Positions 11,381 through 24,624 of a stretch of 64,000 nucleotides of DNA are shown piece after piece (the first letter of the stretch is position 1; each line of letters begins with the position of its first letter). This DNA comes from Asterionella formosa (lineage: Eukaryota). The stretch covers positions 1 through 64,000 of the forward strand of contig NKIB01006909.1 of the NCBI GenBank assembly GCA_002256025.1. The letters are read 5' to 3'. The notes beneath the pieces were generated by a model. That model was not told where the DNA came from. It did no database searches and was given only the letters and a program-made list of their open reading frames with translations. The position numbers were made by a program, and so were the translations under genes.

Positions 11381-11730
11381 TCAAATATTTTGACATGTTG
11401 ATGATAATTTTGATATATCAATGGCCGTATCTGTATGATCAATCAAATTTGTACATTAGGTTACTAGCATACACATGTTAGGTTATACGAATATAAGAAC
11501 TTGTATATATTAGTTACCAAATCTAATCGGTTAACCAAAATTGTTGATATATTGATCAAATGTTTTGTAATGTTGATGATAATTTTGATATATCAATGAC
11601 CATGTCAGTGTGGTCACTCGAATTTGTTTGTCAGATTATTTTCTTACACATGTCAGGTTACGCATAGATAGAAGTCATTTATATTAGTTATCAAAACTAA
11701 TATGCTAACCAAATGCTTTGATATATTGAT
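11381..11730. repeat. Two diverged tandem copies of a ~175-bp unit inside the TIR element
   Basis: TCAAATRTTTTG...ATGTTGATGATAATTTTGATATATCAATG begins at 11381 and again at 11556; TACACATGT, TATATTAGTTA and TTGATATATTGAT are collinear in both. Confidence 0.8.
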
Positions 11731-12773
11731 ACGTTGTTTGATTGATCAATAGCTGTTGCTCTCTGATCAATTATTGCTTTAGCAAAGGTTATGACTTTAC
11801 ACACCAGATCACCTTACGTGTATATAAACCTTGTACCTGACGATGCTATCAGAATGAATTCTGTGCAACAACGGTACGTTCCTTGTTGCCATTCCGATTT
11901 GAATGCTCTACCGGTACATGCTTTGATCCAATTCTTGTACTGGTAGTATTCGTCATTATCTCTCCATTCGCATATCAGTAATCGAATTTCTTACAAGCCA
12001 TGTGCGTTTGTTGAACAATCCCTTACAAGCTACCTTCTTGCGTGGACGACGATGATCTCAGTCATATAACGAATGATATGGTCTCGATATTGATGGGGAA
12101 TTATGCTGGCGAAGTTTGATTGTTTGTTTGTTACTCGAAATCAAAAGCTTTGGTCAATTTATACGACAGAATTGGAGAACGATGCATTGAAGGCCATACC
12201 CGATTCCAAATCCAACCGAAATCAAGAAGATAATACCTTTTGATCATAATTCGCCCATTGCGAACATCGATCCGTATTTCGAATCTGTTCTTCAAGATGA
12301 GATGTGGATCAAAGTGAAGATGGACCAGATGGCGGCGCAGTTTGTTGCTTATGGTCTTAATCATGTGTCTTCAATTCTCCTTGACTAGCTATTGGCGAAC
12401 ATGTTTGTATGCTGCAGAATTAGAGCCGCAACATCACTAATCAGGAAGTAGCTTCATTTCATTCAGGAAATAGTAGCATAACATGAACCTTGAATAGCAG
12501 GGGGTTGGAAAAAACAATCATAACTTTGCTAAATAACATTGTACAATCCCATTGTTTTAAGAAATCTCTTTATCGGCAACATCAGAGGCAATATAAAGGA
12601 CAGCCTAACCCCATTGCCACACATGTACTTTTCACAAAGTGACCGCTATATTTATCAAGCTTATATATACGTAGTCGTGTAGCTTGTCGCACACATATGT
12701 TCTTGCCACTCCGATGAAGTGTAAAATAATTATGAGGGTACCAGAACCATTTTTCAATCAATAGCTGATTCCA

Positions 12774-13418
12774 ATGTTGTACAGCAACAATGGTTGTCGA
12801 AATGATTCCAATGAAATTGATAAACTTCTCCATTATTGGGGCGTTTCAAATGATCCCTGTTTGTTTACTAATATTGTTGGTGCTGGTATTGATACAGAAG
12901 AAAAGAGGAACAAGCTTCTGTGCACCATTACGGCCACATTTGAGAAGCAACGCCAAAATTGGGAAACTTTTTTTCCTGACGAGCCGATGGAATTAGTCAT
13001 ACCTGTCATTCCAAATAAAGATCACCAACGTCGTGTATCCTCTGTTTATGCATTAACACAGGCGAGTGAAAACGAAATAGTTGATGCCAGTTCAACTTCT
13101 CCCAATACCATTCCAAGAAGTAAAGATCATGTTGCTTGTATGCCCGTGGTAGATATTGTTTCTACTTCCTCAGAGCGTCTACTTGAGTCTATTGAATCTG
13201 ATAGACTTGATATGAAATCTCCCCCTTCCAAAGCAAAAGCAAAATGTAAATTAAAGGCTGTAGCCACGTCATGTTCCGACCGGGTATTGAGACAAGGGGA
13301 AGAAGGGAATGCTGGTAGGGCAAACCTACAGTTTCACAGTACCAGCGTAATAATAGGTACAGTTTCACAGTACCGGGTATTCGAATTCCTGTTACTAAGT
13401 CTTGTATATTTTATCTAA
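12774..13418 (+). pseudogene. Remnant ORF inside the TIR element, unassigned
   Basis: 214-aa open frame in AT-rich DNA; upstream sequence looks coding but has stops; splice-like signals downstream. Confidence 0.45.
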
Positions 13419-16388
13419 TCATACATACTGGTAGGGTATTAAATGTTCCTTCGAAAAAGTTACTAGACATACAGAGATGTATGTTATACACACTTTTTGA
13501 AGAAGAGGAAATGTTGAGATATTGCTAAAAAATTCATGCCGGAAATGCATTCTAGTCCACATAACAAACTGATGAGGTAATGGTGATAGAGAGCCTTCTA
13601 CCGGTATCAAACCAACCGGTGAGAAGAGGTAAGTTATATGATTGTTTTGCTTCTCAACTGTGGCTACCAAGGGTCTTATGATCGGTAACATGTGAGACCG
13701 GAAGCAAACTATAAAATTGTATCGCTGTTTGTGTGCGCTGCTACCACTCAAAGTTTCTACACTTCCTCAGGAAGAACGATAAAAATCAACCTAATTACGA
13801 GGTAAGAAACTACACTTAATATCTTTGTGCACAATGCTGCAGAGGGTTTGTTGTGTCTGTGTCCAATAATTTGGATTTCGACAATAAGAACATCTTTCCC
13901 TTCCATATATGCAGATGTGAGGGTTAACAACGATACCTGTCACCCATCTATCAACAGTGAGAGCATAGGTAAGTTACTATACTCTCATTTGATGCTTTTT
14001 ATGTCGATTGGAACGTGAAGTTACTATATAGATTATTTATGTCATCAGTTCATGGCACATGTGTGGCTGGAGATGCTTTAATCGTTGCAACACTTTTGCT
14101 AACATTGATATTATCTCCTCAAATTGATATTATCTCCTCAAAATCATACAGGAACCTTGGAGAATGTGGCTTGCTACCATTCTTAATGGAAGCAACAATC
14201 AACCATGCATGAGAGCACAGGTAAGTTATATGCACATTGCCTGCTCATACGGAAATTGGAGTGATGGATTCTTGTTTATGTGATCGTTTCGTTGCACATA
14301 TCTTCGTTTAGATGCCTTGCTTACTTGATGCAACAGTTTTGCTAACATTGTTGTTATTATCTCTTACAGGAAGTCGTACAAGAACATGGGAGTATGTGAC
14401 TTGCTGACATTCGCAATGGTAGAGGTTCGAATAAAGCATCATCAATTTCGTTTACTCTCTCATTTCATTTTGAAAAGGCAATGATCTAAACATAGCTACC
14501 GGAAGTGAAAATTAAGGTATTGAAGACCACTGTGTGCTCATTCTGATAGAGGATGCACAGTGGAAAGTATGGGTGACCAGAAGTAGAATATTTGAGTATT
14601 AAATAGCAATCCATTTAATCGATTTGTGTTCATCATTGATTGAACATGATAATAGGTTTGATCGATGAGAGAAATAAGTTAGATCAGTAGTAATGAACGT
14701 TAGATCGAAAGCTAAAAATTCTATTTGATATTAGCATTGCAAAGGTTAGATCGAATCAATAACTGATTTGATCTCACAATTACTAGCTATCTTTAGATCG
14801 AACACCAAAACGTTAGTTGATATCAATCAGTTTTTTTGTATGATCAATCAAAAAATAATACGTCATACTGAGAAATTTTTGGGGCAGTGGGTCTTACCGC
14901 AAAACTGTTAGCCCTAACGGTTTTTTATTTACAGACGCAGTCATTGATCAAATTAGAGGTATAGATCAACGCTATCATCATATATCGTCAGGAAATACTA
15001 GGATCTGGAGATAAATTGCAGAAAGGAACTTAGTAGGTTTTTTAAACTATGCTGAAAATAGTGAATTTTACTGGGAAAATCGAATTTCCTTCCTGCACTT
15101 TCTTACCGAAAAGTTGACTTCTGGGGCGATACGAAGATTATCTATATTCTTAAATCTTCTTTAAAACTTTACAAGGCAACGTTGAGCTATAATCGTCCCA
15201 AAATTCGACAATATCGGCCTTTTCAATGGTCTCCAAAATGTCGGAATCAGAATCACTAATCGCCAAAATGTCATCATCAGAATAGGAGTCTTGCCATTCA
15301 ATTTTTTTCGTCCTGTTCAAAAAATTCCATTGTAATTGCCCGCTTCACTATTAAATTTTTGATTGGTCACAAGTTGAATTACTTACCAACAACATTTGAT
15401 TGGCCCAGTTTGCACAGGAGTCTTGCAAACCCACGCTGGCCACCACACTGGATGCACATGTAACATTTTCTTGGGTGCTGGCTGGAACAATATCCAAAAT
15501 AGGAGTTGCTTAGCTGATCATTAGTGATTGTACTATGTGTACCAGTACTAGAATGCACCAGATTGTATGAGATGTTTATGTTGATCATAGTATAGGGCAT
15601 AGTATGGTGTACATCATGGACTGGTGAGGATGTAAACTGTTTATTTATATATTTAGCAAATTCGAAAAGGAATCTATGTAAATATGCGCAAATTTCCAAT
15701 GATTTAAATATTTCAAATGGAATCATGTCATTCAAAATTATTCCATAGAAATTCGTAGTTCCAGGGAATTTCGGCAACCCTAAGCAATAATTAAATTTTT
15801 GCCTAGGGGTTCAAATGCAGGAACCTTGAACTATTTTGCATTACATTGTTATTCTAATTGACATATTTTGGACTGAAACATATCACTCAAATTTATTTGG
15901 CAAATGTCAATTTCATGGGTATGCACAAGCACTACTGATTTGTTAACTGATAATGCTCCAGCATAATGTTCTGTTTGAATTCCTGTGTCTGCCCGTTATC
16001 CACCTTTTACCGGCATGCGCATGTACGAGGACTGAGCGATTGTCACAACGAAATGATCATCATTTAGTACAGGTATATACCGGTATTGATATGAATATAT
16101 GTACGACGGGAATTCCGGCAAACTGAGGAAAATGCGATAACAAATAAAAAAATATTTAAATTGTCCATCCATCATGTTTCGCTCTCTGTCGCTCATGGTG
16201 TTGTTCCACAACAGATTGGTTGGGAGACTGATATCTGTGCTGCACAAGTAATGATAGATGATGATATTGTAGACGATGTCCTGCCTCGTCGTGCGAGAGT
16301 ACCGGTATGCTGCCTTTTTCGTTGCGCATAAAACTGATCTCCATGAATTCTTTCTTCGCGCTGGTTATCCTAGTTCATTCTGCTGAAC

Positions 16389-18126
16389 ATGAACAACTCA
16401 CATCGCATCAATCTAATATGCTTTCATCATCGAAGCCGTTTAATTAATACATTGATTCTGATAATTGCCGTGGCTGCAGGTAGTTTGGCAGTGTGGGCCA
16501 CCAGCACTACTGGCAGTCGAGACGACCCAGACGCCGTTTCGTCGCTAGCATCCATCCCAGCATCGTCGGCTCCTATTACTGGTGCTCAACCAATGCTACG
16601 TATGAACTCAGCTCCAACACGCTATCCGCATACAGCATACAGTCTGGCGGTTCCGTCAATGACTATCATTCCGACAGAACTGACAACTTTTACAATTTCT
16701 CCTTCGTCATGGGCAGCAACAACACTATCTCCGACGTCCGTGCAAGAATATGAATCGTCCCGACCAAGTGCTGCTATCTTTAGTCCCTCCATTATTCCAA
16801 GCGAAATCGATACAACACCCAACTCGCTCGATGTTACTCATGGGGCCTCAATAACTTCGAGTTTCATTACTTTGGACACCCCGATCCCGCCATCCTCGAG
16901 TCCATCACTAGTACCCAGTACTTTTCGAGCAACGAAATTGCCATCAATGACTATTATTCCAAAAGATTTGAAAATTTTTACTCTTTCGCCTTCTTCAATG
17001 GCTGTTACAACTATATCTCCGACGTTCGTGCAAGAATATGAACAATCCCGACTATCAGTTGTATCATCCCTTCCAAGCAGAAAAGATGTCGAGGAAGTTT
17101 CATCTAATACCCCTCCAACAAGGGCTACCTTATCACCATCATCTACTCCTAGTGCAATTGTCTCCGGGAGTCCAAGTGACGTTGTTAAAAATACGTTGGC
17201 GCCTCTTTCCACTCTGACTACGTTTTGTGTCATTGCCGATGTTCCGTACACGGACCGGGACTTCGTCAACTTAAAAAATCAATTGTTGTATAATACGCCA
17301 GAAGATTGTGAATTTTTGATTCATTTAGGTGATATTAAGAATTCATCAAGTCGTTGTGACGATGCACGATTTCAAAGGGTTGAGCAAGTCCTGACCTCAA
17401 GCCCCATTCCCTTGTTTATGATCCTGGGAGACAATGAATGGAACGATTGTCCCCATAATGCTGGTACGTGAGAAGGAAATGATATATTACATTTCTGTCA
17501 ATATGATAAACACTACATTTGATTATTCACTAACTTCACTGGAATTTTCTCGATTTCTCTCTGTCAAAGCCAATTATGGTTGGGACCTCTGGGTTCGTTA
17601 CTTTTTAGGATTTGAAAACAAACACTGGACTCATGATATAAATGTGAATCGACATGCGTCTGCGTCGGAACAGTTTTCCTTCGTTCGTAAGCGAACGTTA
17701 TTTATCGGACTCAATTTAGTGGGTGGCAAAGTCTTGAACAAGGGAGATTGGGACCTTCGGATTGCCAATAACTTGGAATGGACGAAGGAATTGGTGACAA
17801 GGCACGTGCCAATGGAAGCAAGTGGCGTAATTGTGTTTGGTCATGCCAAACCAGGGCTTGCGCAACAAGGCTTTCTGAACCCCTTGGCGGAATTTATCCA
17901 ATTATTGGACACGGACATTCCATTTTTGTACCTTCATGGTGATGGTCATGAATGGATATATACTCCTGATTTTTTCAACGTGACAAATTATTTGCGAATT
18001 CAACATAGGGGTGGAACGTCGGAACCGATTCTCAGGATGTATGCCGATCCCTATGGATATCCAACCAATGTTGTGCAAGCTTTTAAGTTCGATCGACGTC
18101 TCAATAATACTTTGTCGACTTTATAA
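16389..18126 (+). CDS. Membrane-anchored calcineurin-like metallophosphoesterase with Ser/Thr/Pro stalk; exons 16389-17463 and 17570-18126
   Basis: N-terminal hydrophobic helix; ADVPY, IHLGDIK, GDNEWNDC, FGHA and LHGDGH motifs; GT-AG intron 17464-17569 with CTAAC joins the two ORFs in frame. Confidence 0.85.
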
Positions 18127-18500
18127 TTGATTTTAACCTATAGTGTTGCGCCGACATTGTGTATCATATGATTTCAATTTATACTTCGTTCATGTTGGTC
18201 AATCCTCCTTAATTTTTGTGTGTAAACAGTTCAGCTTTTTAAATATTGTTATGCTCCGGCTAATAGCTAGGGACTATGTATCAAAAAACAGATTCGAGTG
18301 CTATGACGAAAAATTGCTTAATCTATACAGCAGTGACTTAGCAGAAATGGTTAAGGGAAATCTCTATGAAAAACACTCAAGTTCCTCCTACACTGGATGT
18401 AAAGCAAGAGAAGCAATAGGGAAGAATGTATTTGTTTTGTTTGATTGGGAGAGTTAGTTCTTGGTGAAGCCTAGCAAACCTTTCCCCGATTGCCATCTGT

Positions 18501-19868
18501 CTATTCAACATTTAGGCTCATGGTATATTGCGTAATGGCAAATATTGAAGAAATTCCCAACATAAGGGCGGCAAATTTCTTCCACTTGTTTTCCGAGTTT
18601 TCCCATTCTTCCGGAATCACTTCGGTTGCTCCAACGTAGACAAAAGTACCAGCAACAATCGCCAGCATGATGGCATCGACAATGGGAGCGGCAAATTCGT
18701 TAACTGCCATACCAATGGCAACTCCAATGGGACCCATAGCACTAAAGATGCTGAGGTATTTGACAATTTCTGGCTTTGACATTCCTGATTTAAGAAAAGC
18801 AACAAGCAGTGCTATAGATTCGGCGGGCTTTATCGGAGGGACGAGGTTAAAGGTGTGAGTGTTGAATTAGTAGTACAACTTAGCCTGCATAAATTCCATG
18901 TACATCCGATGATTTACCTGATGAAGCGCAATGGAGAGTGTCAGCAAACCGCATTCACCAAAGGTATCACCCAATCCCAAGGCCATCATTTCCAAAATGC
19001 TGTGAACGGCCAATGCACCCAGTAAAATAACCGCAGATCTTCCACTACTTGGGGTTGCATCTCCATTGTGCTTATGCTCGGCCTGGGCAACTTTTGCAGC
19101 TTCCCCACTCTCAAATTCATGCAAAATATCATGCGTATCAAATGCAACTTTTTCAACAAAGAAAATCAACAAGTATCCTGTTAAGACGAGCATGTAAGGC
19201 GTGGCTTCGTTGTATCCTGAAAATCCATGAACGCACTCTGGAATCAAGTGCCCAAAGGCCAGCGAAAGGAAAACTCCTCCGGAAAAGGCGTTGGCGAGGC
19301 TCAATGCGAGCTCGTTGTCGCTAATCTTCTTGGACCTTAAAGGAATCAACCAGCAGGCAACATTCATAAATGTAAGCATTATTTGGAAAATAATTTTCCA
19401 CCCATTCAAGGGGATATTGTAAGGAGCGACAGAGCTGGAAGCGACGACCTTGGCCGCTGCTTCAACCACGTTGTCAACTCCTACCAAGTGCCCCCCACGA
19501 GGAATATTGCAGAGAGCAGCTACTTGGGTCGATTCCATGCAGTTGGAACATTCCAAACAGCAATCTTCCGCCAATCTCCGGAGTGTTGTTACTCGCTTCG
19601 AGAAGCGAAACGCCCGACTTGGAGGCAGTGAAGGCTGTGAGCAGACAGTTGACACGCGACGGCCATCCATGACATTAGCGCACTCTTCGGCTTGGCGAGC
19701 GGCTCTAGAAAAGGGAGTCTCAAAGTCACCGCCATTTTTCCGTCTGTTGTCTCCGTAGTAAGACTGATATGTCGACCAGAAAGTGACAGCTTTTGAAAGG
19801 GCGACGCTCTCGGCAAATACCACAAGCGCCATTGTCAGAATCCCGCTGCGGTGCCGTTTGCAAATCAT
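18501..19868 (-). CDS. ZIP-family zinc/iron transporter; exons 19868-18918 and 18827-18501
   Basis: NAFSGGVFL...HLIPE, ALAVHSILE, spliced IALHQPAES, and AGTFVYVG; 90-bp GT-AG intron 18828-18917 keeps the frame. Confidence 0.92.
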
Positions 19869-22144
19869 ATTTTCTTTTGATTGGTTTATTAACGCTAGTT
19901 ATTTTGGTCGAGCAGCTTGCTAGGAAGCAATGTATTAGTGTGTACCGGTAGTCGAAGATTGCAACGTGTTCAATGCTAATTATGAGGTGAAAGATTGAAA
20001 CGGACGGCTTCGGCGGAACGATGGAATACTGAGCACAGAAATGTTAATTTTGCTTTGAGGAGACAAAGGCTACCGGCAGTACAGGTACGGAGTACCTGGT
20101 ATCATGATAAGGACGAGACTACTGTATAGTTGGTGGCGTATCACCGTCAAACCGGTTATTTACGATATATGATACGGATATTCTTATTTTTATATATATA
20201 TTATGACTACCTGGTAGGCACACTACTCGCATATTTGGGACGCTCTCAACCCTAGTTACTGGTAGGGTTTCTCAAAACACATTCTGGTTGTTGGGACTCA
20301 CCGACTTCATTGAAGACAGATAAATCAAAGAAGATCTTTGAACATCATTTACCACAATTTTAGGTTGGTTTAATCTTGACTTTGCTACAAGCGAGAGGAG
20401 TTTCTATCTCCAGATAGCTATGACTGGCAACAATGAGCTATTTCTGGCGAGAAATAGCTAAATACAGTAACCACCCCCTCCTGGAATCTTAACTATTTTC
20501 CAACATTAGGTGAAAGCATCAGGCCGTCCACCATGTTTAAAGACACTTCGGAGAAAAAGGGAGAAATACTAGCTATTTCTTGTCAAAAGTAAACCTGGCT
20601 GAGTCAGTCAGCCAGGAGGTTTACTTTTCTTGTACTAACTCGGTTTGAATTCTTCTTTCTACACAAAGTTTGTATTGTAGTCTACTCTACCTTTCAATAT
20701 TCAGCAATCATCGCTCTCTGATCATATGTCATTCTAGGCAGAGGGAGCTGATAGAGGAGCAGCCTGTTGCTCACCCAGAGAATGGAATGATCAAGGTTGT
20801 TGTTTGAGGGAGACTGCAACTACCTTCTTTCTATTTCTGCACATAAAAACCATCATATTCCTATGATGCATCGTCATAGGATTATGATCATCTGATCATA
20901 ATTTTTCGTTGTATCATCTAATAATTTTGATAAATGCCCTCGTATTTTAAATAGTAACCCTTTTGACTACTATGTATATTTAAACAATATATGTATTGTT
21001 TCTATGAGGTTGTTCCTTTATTTAAATTTCTTGGTAGGATAATGTACCAGCTAAAGTAATGTGGTTTGGCTCATCATCCTCTCCACTCCTCACTCTGAGC
21101 GATTCTTGCAAAAACGACAAAGCAGTCTTGTCGAGAGGAACAAGTGTTTTTGATAAAATCTTCATTTGTCGTTCAAGTCATCATATGTCTTCGATGAATC
21201 ATCATCTAGCTATAGTGCACAATATGTTCGTATGCAATCCGTTAAGAGCTTGAAAATAAATCCAATGAAAACGAAATGGCACATCACACAACACAAATAT
21301 TTCCGGTTGGTCACCAGAGCATTCATCAGTGTTACAACCTCAATCATAGCTTAACAACATCCATTATAGTAGAACAGCACAGCAACCTACTTACATGTAA
21401 CATCGTCTCTCTAACGAGAATGTAATACATCTAGAATTGAAACGCAGCACAGCAGGCGAAATGATGCACAAAGAAGCAAGAGACTGTCTATGTATAGTAA
21501 CAGAGTGATTCTGGTTTCGTAATTTTCATGTCTCATTAGATTTCCTTTCTCATCATACTAGTTCCTTACGTTTGACGACAGGAGCGTATTCTTTGATGTA
21601 TCTGGAATGGTTCAATGGATGGCAGGCAGCAGATGGGCTTAGACACAAAAGTCGACAAAAGCACGACTTTGTAGATGTTCATGAAAAGCCAGACACTTTG
21701 GCCTATCGAGCACCAGCCAGTCTATACTGCAAAAATGCAAGAAGCACAAGTTGAATGCCCATTTATGGATTCAAGTTTCAGTAGTGCAACAATGTAAAAT
21801 AGCTAGCTATTAGAAAACGGAAGTCACATTTCATGTAATTATGGTTTTCAATTTTACTGTTAGCTACTGATTGAGAGGAAGCAATTGTATAATTTCAAGC
21901 GGGCGGGGGCAAACAACACAGAGGAGCCTAATTTTTCTCTCCAATGATTCCAGACCCTCTTGGATGTCACTTGCTACAGAAAATGGAGAACAGCCGCCAT
22001 GATCTGCCTGTTGATTGTTGCTGTATGGTGCCACTGACCAAAACCTCCAGAAATCTCAATGAGTTGCTTGCTTCTTGACTTGAATGCCCAAGGGATCAAA
22101 ACCACTGGAAAAAGCAAAAGGGAACTAAAAATTCTCTGCAAACA

Positions 22145-24624
22145 TCAGGACAATATCATACGCATTGAAGCATCTGTTGCAACTGGAGCAAAAGAATCAG
22201 TGAAATCCAGTCCCGGGATCTGAACATAGCCTTTCACTACAATAGTATGTGCGTCCTTTCCTTTGTATCGAATACTTTTATCCTGTTCAGATTGTTTCTT
22301 CTTGAATACCCAGCGTGTAATTAACGGTTTTCTGCCATTGAGATTGTCATGAGGAACCATTTTCCAAACATTTCGCTTGTAGAAGTTGTTGTTTTCATTT
22401 TTAATAGCAACGGTCCACTGCTTGCTCTCATCTCCTTTCATAGCCTCCTTGTAATGCTTTGGCTCCCCAGGATCGGAAGCAAGAGTTGTAGAATATGCAT
22501 AGAATCTCTCTACTCCTTCTTCACTTTGAAATAGTTCATCATCATCTTGAAACGCCGCTTCAGCATAATCTATCTCTTCAAGTGATCCTTTGTCTTTGTC
22601 ATCTAGCTAGTTGTAATTTGCACCAGTAACTTCCTCTTTCCAGCCAACCATAAGGCGTTTCAATTCTCGTTCCAATTTTGCTTTCTTCGAAGCATCTTTG
22701 TTGGTCTCATCATCTAACTTCCCCGCTGTTTTGTATAGCGAAAATCTTGTTTGTTTCACAACTGAAACAGTTGTTTCCAAATCAAGCAATATCCTGCTGG
22801 ATAGGTGGCACAACAGGAACAACAGCATCTTTGTCCTGATTTTAATCATCAATTGGAATATCAACTATTTCTATGTCCCTTTCCACATCGAAATCCCTCA
22901 AACCTGCAATTAGCCTTGTTTGACCAAGCCAATCAGCCCAGCAAATTTTTCGACTATTTAAAATCTTTCGTGTCTCAGGAAGGGTTAAGCATTCACTAAG
23001 TGTATCCAACATGATTATGAGATTAAACAACCATCACGCATGTAATGGCTTTTTCTTCGAGTTTATTTCTTGTTTTCTTAGCACCAATTTCCACCCATCC
23101 GATCCTGCCATAATGCATTAGAGGATCGTAAATCATTGGAACCTTGTTGTAAAACTTCTCATTTGCATTTTTTACATCATCAGATGTGGCCACAATGTTC
23201 TTGATTCGTGTGTTGTGTTGATGGCCTCTGACCAAAGTAAACCTTGAATTTTATCATCAAATTTTGCAGCAAAAATTGCTGCACATGCTCGTTGGCGAAT
23301 GGTTAAAACTTTCGTTCAACAATTCCATTCTGTTGTGGTGTGTTGGGTGCCGTATTGTCGCATATTTTTGCCAAACCTGAGACGTTTTCAGCCGCATTGT
23401 CACAACAGAGAAACTTGGAAACATACGCAGCCGTTTTGAGTTGTTGTTTTCCACAATTCTTGCATAGTCCCTTGAATTTAGTAGTACCATTGCTTTGTTG
23501 CAGACAAAGCTATCTCGTTGGTATTTGCATCCTTGAACTTCCTTTTGTAGAATGCAAGAAGTTTAGATTTCAAGTCTGACAAAGTAATTGTACCCATTCC
23601 TTCAACAACAGTAATTACTTCACTGTACTCTTTAGGTAGCTTGTTCATCATGTGCGCAATGACTTCAAACTCTTCCTTTTCGAATGATGTATCAATTTGA
23701 CGCATTCTGTTCCTGATGTTATCGAGAGCAATGAACCATTCATCTGGGTCTGTTTTAGTACTCTCTAAAGTACAATCGTTGAATTCTCCCGTTAGCTGAA
23801 TCAAGTCAGTAACTTGATGAGGAGCATAGTAGCTAGCGATCCTCCAAATACTGGCTGCCAGGCAAGAAAAGCATTGTCTCCATCCATCAAATCATCTGTC
23901 TTGGCTAAATTCACAATTCCAAATGCAATACCACTGACATTAGTAAGAATCAATAACTGATAGCCTTGTCATTCAACTGATATTTCTTCTTATCTCATCA
24001 TCAGTACTAGACACCAAATAGGCATCATCATCGATGGGCTTCGTGTCTTTGGCATCATAGTAGCTACACATGCCTAAAACCTTAAGATTTGGCAAGCTGA
24101 CGATTCTTGATACTCCACTCATGCCAAGCAGTCTCGCTCGCTTCCATCAAACTTGATACCAAACAGTCTCACCTGATTTCTCATTGGCCAGAACCACCAT
24201 GTCTCTACTAGACCTGTAGGTTTGTTTTAAAACCGCGTTAAATTGTCTAGCTAGTTGAAATATCACAGATCTTACTTTTAAGATCATCACAAAAGCTGAA
24301 AACGTATTTTCACTTTACACTTTGTAATATTGCGAGATTTCTGTTAATAGTCTATCTAGTCTTGTTCTTGCCTGATTACTCACCATATAATCCTGCTGAA
24401 CAAGACTTGTTCTCACACTTTGCTTCCTTGATCCTGTCAATATGATCTTGTTTACTTTGACAATAAGTGAGTATCACTTATTCATTTGACAATAAGTGAG
24501 CATCTCATTCACTTGTCAATAAGAAAACATCTCCAGTCATTTGTCAGTAGCTAAGTGTTGCATGTCTTGGGTCTTGGTTTCTAAAAACTAAAAATATAGA
24601 TTCTCGACTCGTTGGATTCCATAT
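22145..24624 (-). mobile_element. Degenerate Ty1/Copia LTR retrotransposon (CoDi-like): probable 5' LTR, gag, partial integrase, start of RT
   Basis: gag DPDEWF...IAHMMNKLPKEYSEV; integrase CDNAAEN and PQQNGIVER; RT EPKHYKEAM, RWVFKKK and KGYVQIPGLDFTDSFAPVA; many stops and frameshifts; integrase precedes RT; LTR limits (about 24256-24624) are approximate. Confidence 0.9.
24456..24500. repeat. 16-bp direct repeat TTTGACAATAAGTGAG, two copies 29 bp apart, in the putative LTR
   Basis: Exact copies at 24456-24471 and 24485-24500, with degenerate TGTCAATA copies nearby. Confidence 0.8.

Larger units (their letters stand above)
11158..15825. mobile_element. 4.67-kb degenerate TIR DNA element, possibly PIF/Harbinger-like
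   Basis: Left TIR GGCTCCTGAATTTGAACCCTTAG (11158-11180) and right TIR CTAGGGGTTCAAATGCAGGAACC (15803-15825) are 23 bp with 3 mismatches; flanks are TTA and TTG; both ends are homologous to 28294-29005. Confidence 0.8.

Noticed and set aside
20436..20459. 10-bp-stem hairpin AGCTATTTCT-GGCG-AGAAATAGCT as a terminator or Helitron end
   Set aside because: AT-rich stem, no U-tract or correctly placed CTRR, eukaryotic context; real but uninterpretable
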